Shown in pieces: positions 24,401 through 33,400 of a stretch of DNA of 64,000 bases. Positions within the stretch are counted from its first letter, which is position 1; the number at the start of each line of letters is the position of its first letter. The translations under genes were made by a program, and so were the position numbers. The stretch spans positions 2,232,001 to 2,296,000 of the forward strand of contig NC_087252.1 in the NCBI RefSeq assembly GCF_037042905.1, read 5' to 3'. The notes beneath the pieces are model-generated. The model saw nothing but the letters and a program-made list of their open reading frames with translations. It was not told the DNA's origin and made no database searches. The DNA is from Lytechinus pictus (taxonomy: Eukaryota).

Positions 24401-27400
24401 CATATCATATCGTCCTTGAATATCCAAATTACATGCCGAGTAATGTCTCTTGTAATTTAGATTAAGTAATTCATTTGTAATTGCTTTTCTATACTCTTCC
24501 CAGTTTACGTTTCTAAAACTCCATCTAAAACCTATAGTTGCGTTTTCTTTAATATTTACGTTATTTGTCTGTATTAATTTGATCACGATTGCATTGTGGT
24601 CGCTGCCAAAGTTATTGGTCAATACTTGCCACTCCATACTACAAGCTAGTTCCTTGGAGACTATAGATAAATCCAACATGGAATAAGAACCAAAGTGCGG
24701 GTCTAGTCTTGTTGGTGATCCGTCATTGAGTAATGCTAGATCATTAACCTCCATGAAAGATTCAACAGTTCTTCCGTTGGAATCGAGCTTGCTGCTCCCC
24801 CATAGAGGATTGTGGCTATTAAAGTCACCTAAAATAATAAGCTTCCCTGGCACGTTTCTAATCATGAAGTTTAATTCTTCTAGTTCAATCTTTTTACAGG
24901 GATTATAATAGTTGATAATGGAAATAATGCATTTCTTTGAAAAAATATCTACCCTTTGATATTCGATTAACTCTTGAACTTTCATAACCTGGAAAGCGAT
25001 GTCCTTTTTAAAATACATAGCCAGACCACCTCTCCTACCATCCTGTCTGTTTCTACAAACACAAAAATAATTAGGAATGAACGACACATTAAAATCATTA
25101 AACCATGTTTCCTGAATACAAATAATGTCTGGGTTGGAACCCAATAAATCATTATCAAAAAGAGAAGTTAGAAAGTCCGACCCATGCGAAACCATGCCTT
25201 GAGCATTCCACTGGACTATTACTAGATCAGAGACAGACTGTTTTATTTAAGGTGGCACTTGACCATTTCCAATGGTATGTCTGTCTTTAAGAAATTACGA
25301 CTAGCATGTACAACATATTCCAAAAACTGATCATCGTTTTCAGACTGTGGTAACTTACGTATCACAAATAGAATAAACATAATGAAATCCAGGGGTGCTA
25401 CACTCATTAATGTGTTGACAGTATCTTTCTTTTGGTTATTCGACTCAGTTCCTTGCCCTGACTCCTTATCTCTTTCCCGCCTTCCTTCATTGTTCCTTTG
25501 TACTCGGATTGGGCGCGGAATCTTTGATTGTTGGATTGATTCGTGGTCAGATGCCATTGAATTTGAAATGGGACCAACATTCTTTAGTTTCCTTTGAGTG
25601 TTTTCTTTAGTGTCGCTAGTTCTAATGGTCTTACTTTCCTCTTCCACTATTTCATTTTTTTGAGTGCGATACACCCTAGTCGCTTGTGCGTATGTAATGT
25701 TTTCCTTCAATTTAACCTTTTGTATTTGTTTTGCCTCTATGTAAATTTTGCAACCTTGATACGCCGCCGAGTGTTTATCTCCACATCTAAAGCATTTTCG
25801 ATTTTCCTTTTGTGGGCACTCTTCAAAATCATGTTCCCCTCCACATCTCACACAGCGCAATTTACCCTTGCAGTTTTCCTTCATGTGCCCAAAAAGTTGA
25901 CATTTGTGACACCTTGGCACCGGTGGACTAAAGTTGTCCACACGTTTAAGCTCATACAGAAAGTTTACTGTCTCGGGTTTATCCTTGCCTTTGAAGGTGA
26001 TGAGAACTGATGGGGTTGGTACTATTTCACCATCGATCTTCTTCATAAAACGCTTAGCATGAATTACCTTCTGATCTTTCAATACTTCTGCAATTTCCTC
26101 ATTACTTATCTGTGTATCTATTCTATGAATAACACCTTTCGTTGTAAAATCATGATTATCTTCATAACGCGTTGCTTTAACGTCTACACCAGCAAGCTTG
26201 GTTAGTTCCAACAATTTCATGACTTGTATGTCATTCTCACATTTCAAAATCATCATATTTTTCACTTTCTCTTTCCCATTCAGATTGCCTACCAGATTAT
26301 GAATTTCTTTGAACACCTGTACTGGGTTTGCTCTGCAAATATTCTTATTTTCAAGACCAACAATGACTACCCTCCTGCTTGAATGCGTGGGAGTAGAGAA
26401 TTTAGGCATTTTACTGTGCTTCGTATTTAGAGTACTATCGCTATTGCTCCTAACCCTTGCCCTTTTCTTAGCCGATCGGATAGAATTTCTATTGATCGCC
26501 GTTTTCCAAGAACAATTCGATTCATCATAACTGTCCTCACCATGGACAGTATGATCATCGGAAGATACCACTAATTCATCTGGCGCTTGCCTAAATCTAT
26601 TACTCGCTGCTGCTAAATAATCCTCTTCGCCCGAGGATATCGAAAGGTTATTCGCCATAATTACTTATTTTACAAGAACATAATAATCTGTAGGCCTATT
26701 GATAAATTGAAATTAGTCTCTTACCCGGTAACGTAGTGTTAATAAGGTGAGTATGAATGAAAATGAGTGCATGTCACCATGGGAACGGCTATATGGTAAC
26801 CCAAGCCTCCAACTCCGCTCACTACGGCAACTGGACTGTTCAATCCTCGATCTACTACAACTGGAGATCAATCAGAAATCAATTCCATTCAACAGAAAAG
26901 GGGGAGCAGGCCGATGGACTGGAGGTGGCTAGGAAGCGGCACAGATGCCGGTGAGGAGCCGGGTGTAGCCGACTTGAATTTCCCGCCAAAACGTCTATGT
27001 GAAAACAACACTGCTGCAGAGCTCCTGTCAAAAGCGTCCGCTCTGCTCTGCTCTGCTCTGCTCTTGATATAAGCCTAACTTCAGGAACGTAGAGAGCAGC
27101 AATACACGGCTGCCAGTGTTTTCTCGCAAAAAAAATGAATTAAATAAAAAAAATAAGGAATATTTCATCGGTAACGTATATTTCCGATATTTTACTTAAA
27201 AATGCGTTTTATCAAAAGAGAGATTAGAGTTCAAGATGATATAACGTCATTTAGACCTAAACAAAATCAAATCTAGACAAAACACTATAGGCCCAAATTG
27301 GGTAAAAATGATTACACATGCGGGCTCGTACTAACGTACTACCGTCAGTGAATGGGGATTGTCGTAAACTGTCAAAAATTATTAAATAAATCCCAAGAAA

Positions 27401-30400
27401 CGACGGTCAATCCTGTTTAATGACAACGAAATCATTTTTGTTTCACCATTCCAAAAATAAGGAGAGAAATGACTGAACATAAACGCCAAAAATATGAGAG
27501 AGATAGAAAAAAAAAAGTTTACATCGTATACCTCACCTGTTTAGAGAGTTTTCTTAAAAACACATTAAATGAATTTACAGTCTATTTCGTTAAAGGGATG
27601 GAGGGTGGTAACATTTGAGTTAACCAGGTAAACCAAATAAAAGGTAGTAAAAATGTAACAAATAGAGCCACAAGAGAAATGCAACACAAGAATTGGAGTG
27701 AGTCAGGGAAAACGGTTTTGTGTTTGTGTATCTTCGGCGCCGCTCAAATATTAGGGGGGGGGGCGCGCGCCCCCTGCGCCACCCCCTGGATCCGCCACTG
27801 AGGATGATTATGTTTTGATCAGCATTTGAAAGGAATTTGCGGTAAATGCGGTCTAAGGTACAACCATTTCTTAATTTTATATATTTTCTTGGTTGTCTTA
27901 GAATCACCTTTGAATCATAGAATAATCAGTAGAAAATATATTTTCAAAGACATCCTATTAAAGATTTGCAAAGTGACCTTTCAATTTGAGATTTTTTTTT
28001 TGTATGTATATTATAGATATTATTAAAAAAAAAAAAAAAACATAAACAGATGGACTATCACGGGCAAAGCTTTTATTGTAAGATCTTTACAGTGACATTT
28101 TTTTTAAAATGAGTTTTAATTTAAGTCCTTCTTATCCCCATGTAGTCCCAGTTCAACTCCAAAAGACCATTGGAAATGAAGAAGTAAGTGAATTCGTCCG
28201 TAGACTTACAGGAAGGCATCGCAAGCGATTGGCAAACGAGACACCGGCGACTGAAGACAAGAAAATATCCAACTTTGCAGAAGAAAACAATGAAATGTTG
28301 TTTGATGCAAAATCTATGGTTCGAGACTGGATTGAAAGTGAGCAATGCAGTAATTATGAGAAGAGATGTAAACTGGATGACACTCTGATTAAAATTGGTC
28401 GACATGATATGACAGGTAAACATACGATAAAAAATATTGTGATTGACGTATCATATCTCTATTTGTATTTACTTGAAAAGTCTGTTCTTAAAAAAAGGTA
28501 TATAATTTCATTCAACATTAAATATTTCCCCGTTATTGTGAGTCATTTACATGCACATTATATTTAAAAATATGTAAATTTACACATTTGTTTATTTTAG
28601 TAAATTATTTTTTATGTGAGAGTTTAGATGAAACTCTCACATAAAAAGTAGTTTTCTTCCCCATAGTTCCATATACAGGATATTGTATTGTTGTAGGCAT
28701 ATACTTGAAATTTGTGAACATAATCGTCCTGTTTAAAAAAAATGCACGTTCATAGTTCAGAGTTTAAACACTTAAAATAATGATAATAAATAATGATCAC
28801 GATGACGACGACGATGATAATAGTAATAACAACAATTATAATAACAGTAATAATTAAAATTATTGTACAATATACATGCATTTACGTAGCGAAACATCTG
28901 TCTTTACATGTTCTATTGAGCTGCAGGAGATCACTAGACGCTCTACGTACATGTACTACCAATTTAGAGCACTTAAAGCATCAATCGTCCTGATTTCATA
29001 AAATGAGAAGGAAATCTAAATTACTGTTTGTCTTTCTGAAAACTCTCGTTATCGGCAGATTTTTTCAGCACAATTCAGTTTCGGCGAAATACAGATCCCG
29101 AACTCTCGGCAAAATTGCATCCGGAGTCAAAAACATTCCGTAAGTGTTTATTCCATATCTTTCTTCATAACCCTATTCATTCAGGAACTATTATTACTTC
29201 TAAGAAATATCACATTTATAATTTTCGTTACCGTTTTGCAGCGTCCTTTGTTTATTAGTTTTATAACCGAAAGGGCTTTCCTAAATAAAACTGAAATTTA
29301 TAAGTACATATTATTCTTTTTAAATTGTACACATCATTTTTACGTCCTTTGTAGAACACATTTATCGCGTCTATAACAACTATGCCATATATCTAGAAAA
29401 AACCCCTTAAACTTTACACTTTTGAAATGGCTGTAAAATGAAGACGAAACACAATTCTGAGAAGAAAGTTTACATGCGTGAATAATACAACTCACCTTTC
29501 ATATGACGTCAATTTCGTTCAAACAGTAGATCGCCTAAGCTTAATCATTCATTTTTATCAAAGCAGTGAAAATGAGGTTAGGCAGAAATCGATCAGGATT
29601 TCAACATGAACAATTTTTTCGACCATTTGGTAACAAGTGGAAATTAAGTCCATGAGCTATCGATATATTTAAACATCTCCCAGAACCGCATGTTTGTTTT
29701 TTGGCAGTGATTTTAAAGTGTAGAGGGTTACATTTTACACACACGTATTTGTCCTACACCTCGTGTAAACTTTCGATTTTTTAAATTATAATTATGGGAA
29801 CAACTGTGGATCTTGTACTACTACATGATTATAGATCTTGCGACGATCTTCGACGATGATTTAATCAGGCTAAGAATGCTAATGACTTGCCTTGACGAAG
29901 ACATGATGGAAGAGTTCTGCAGGAAAGTAGGTATACCTCTTAAAGTAGAAGGACCGAAAAGGAAGGGTCCAGACATGATTGATATTCGACAATGGAGAGA
30001 CAGTCACATACAGTATACAGTGAAAGAATTCTTCTCAGAAATATCTGGATTCATGACGAATAAAACGAAAGGTAAGGACCGATAGGTGTGTGAGATAGCA
30101 ACTCCAGCCTATTTTTTGCGAATAATTATCTTTCCAGAAGAATTGAACGATGTGCTTCATCATTTGGAGAAATATCTAATTAGGCTTCAAGAAATCAAAC
30201 GTTTTTTCAACTCCTAATTACAACGATGTACAATCAGTACTGTAACACTTTTTTTCTATATCCATTTTTATTATACAGTTTACACGTATAATTGAAGCAC
30301 GTGGCTTATAACTTTTTTTCGCAAATACATACCTGTTCAGATGCACCCTCTTTTGATAAGCTTAAAGATTACGAAGTAAAATCAAAATAATACAAAAATT

Positions 30401-33400
30401 ACTTTACACAACTATTGTAAAAGTTTTATAATTACGTTTCTTAACGACCTAAATTTAAACATTAAAGAGATAATAATGTGTTGTTTTTTCGATGGAAACC
30501 CACATTTTCAGTAAACTTTGTAACGGATCAAGAACTTGATTGGCTGGTTTCTCAAGCGACAATCGATGACAAGTTGGAAAAGTTTACCGATATGAAAAAA
30601 ATCCACTGGAGGAGGTCAAAAAGGATTGCAGGAAAACTTAGGGGTAAGCTAATAGCTGTGACATTCTCGTTATGATGTTAACTATCATCTATACTTTTTA
30701 AGTTAAATTTGACGTTTAAGTTTGAACTAAAATGAAAAATGCCCGAAGAGGAACTTTTTAATAGATATATGAAAATCGAAGTCCTGTTTCGTGTTAAATT
30801 CCAGATGTCAAAACTAAACTAAAATATCTTCTAAATGTACAGTTATACGTAATTGTATTAATTTTTACATTGAATTGTCATGATTATCATTAAATGAAGC
30901 TACACTCAGCTTATTGTCTGAAGACCACGATGAAAAATATCAACCTAAGTTTGAGCGATCACTCTCACAAGAAGGAACAGGCGAAGAAAAGGTCGGTTAT
31001 CATGAAGAATCGCAGGAAGAAGATATATCTTCGTCTGATCCGTGGCAACAACTGAGATTATGGAGAAGAGAGCATGTAGACAAATCTTGTCGAAAGTCAT
31101 TGAGATCCGCTTTCAAATATGTAGGGCTAGAAGGTAATTATACACCATGAAATCCCATTGAAACATCGTTGACTGAGTATTTTTTCTTCATAAGGTGCAC
31201 ACTTATTCATTTCCTTCTTGTCATCATCGGCCACTGGATTCCATGACGAACGAAATATGTAAGATATGAATAAATAAATTGTGATATCGGCTATTTGAGA
31301 GTTTTTATATATTGAGGGAATTGTTGTGGTTCCGGATAAGGCACAGAGAATTAATATTATTTTGTTTGACACGATTTCCCTGTCTTTTGTATTATTTATT
31401 GGCTTTTAGTGATATTTCATTTCATTTATCTCACATTAAATACCCCACAGAAAATTAAAGAAATCCCTTTTTTTAATATGAATGGTATGTTATGTTTTTA
31501 AAGTATATTATTATCCTCATGTTTTTTAAGTAAAACTCAATTTGGCATAATATTTTGACAAATCTGGATTTGTCCAGTNNNNNNNNNNNNNNNNNNNNNN
31601 NNNNNNNNNNNNNNNNNNNNNNNNNNNNNNNNNNNNNNNNNNNNNNNNNNNNNNNNNNNNNNNNNNNNNNNNNNNNNNNNNNNNNNNNNNNNNNNNNNNN
31701 NNNNNNNNNNNNNNTTGTGAATGAACTTCTCAAGGGTGGGGGGGGGGGGGCACTTCCGAGCGGATGTCATGCGCGACCATGGAGTCTCGAAAAGCACCCT
31801 TAACAAGTACTTTCCATATTCTGAAAATGCACCCCTTAAGAAGTATTGGCGTGTAAAACCCTACCCTTATCAAGTATTAGAAACAAAACACTCTTGGCAA
31901 GTATTCCCTGAATCATTGAACCCCTAAACAAGTACATCGATATTCGAATTGATATATGTCACGGACGTCGGTTTTACCTTTACCTACATGTACATCATTG
32001 GGTTTATAACGGCCCCACCTCCCACACCTCCCACAGTGTTGACTGTTGGGGCAATCCTTTATAAAAACATTTTAGTCTTTTTTATACCCTCGCAAATTTG
32101 ACCCTAAACACGTAGCTTTCCTAGCGAAATAGATACCCTTTTTTAATTATTTCAGTTTTTTTGACACCCTTATTACGTTACGTACGCAACGTGCCCTATC
32201 TTGAAAAAGACATCCTGTTTACGTGTTTTGGGGGTCGCGCATGGTATCCACTAGTCAATGTAAATGCCACCCGGGGAACTTCTATGATCAGTTAAAGCTG
32301 AATGAAAGTAGTTGCAGTAAAACACTGATTTCGGGAGAAAGTCTGTAAAACCAAGGTTAAGTATTAATATATCATCGTGGATCTAGATCTGGTACAGTTA
32401 CATAAACTGAACTTTGTGAAATCACAATATATAGCTAAAAACGATCACACTGAAGATCGCCAACACATATAGGCACACGTGGGACAGTGTATTATTGTTG
32501 CTGGAGTAAAGACCCGACGGAAGTGACCGAATCCGCGCTTATTTTGCTTATTTCTCAGCAATTATACAATTTCTTCAAGAATTATTTGGCACATATTTTT
32601 TATTCATAGAAACAGACACTTTGGTGATCATTATATTAAAATCCTGTAAAAAGCCATTTTGAGATCATTCCCACAAATGGAATTTATCTTTAAATGAGAA
32701 AAATGTATTTCTAGTTCGCAAATAAAGATCCTTTATGGACATTTGATTGATTCCAATAGAATGCATCGTAAACAAGACGCCACGGGAAAAGGTGTATGCA
32801 GTTGAAATTGTACAAGCAGCCTTTCACATATTGATGACAGACGTTTATCCGATCATAGAGACACTGGATTTTTACCAGAAGACGATTTCGAAGTACATGA
32901 GGCAGTGCCCTGTTCTAGACAAAGGATCGGTGGATCTTCTGTTTCAGATCTGCAAATATCTTGAGTTGAAGAACAAATCTGAGAGCTACGATCGTCTTGA
33001 TTTCTGTATGAAGCTTACAAATATGGGTTATGTCGATGTTGCAAGATCTATATATCTAGGTAGGTTGTCTCTTCATGATAGGTTATTATGTTGTTTAGGA
33101 ATATATTCAGACTTTGGAAGCCAGAGGAAGGATGTTTTCCGATATAGGGTAGGCCTATCGACCTTTCTCAGAAGTTGAGTCTTTATGGATCGTTATAGAT
33201 ATTGAAAGAAGCAGGAAGTTGGAGGAACAGGGATGTAAAACAACACCTATTGAAAGTAGCTTTTTTTGTTTAACCAAAAAATGTCGACTTATTTATTGCG
33301 TGTCAAAAGTTACAGAAGTCTACTTTCTATTTTTTCTATTTCCCATTTGTTAAAGGAATTGATTTCTCTATGCAGAAGTTAAGGCAATGATTTCTTTTAA

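Larger units (their letters stand above)
20986..27062 (-). mobile_element. Full-length I-group (Nimb-like) non-LTR retrotransposon
   Basis: TSD CTTGAT at 20980-20985 and 27063-27068; (CAA)n 3' tail on the minus strand; (GCAGA)n 5' end; intact ORF1 and ORF2. Confidence 0.88.

Noticed and set aside
30910-30910. CAG acceptor at 30907-30909 as the start of exon 15
   Set aside because: It gives the wrong phase after exon 14; the in-frame AAG acceptor (exon start 30900) was used instead.
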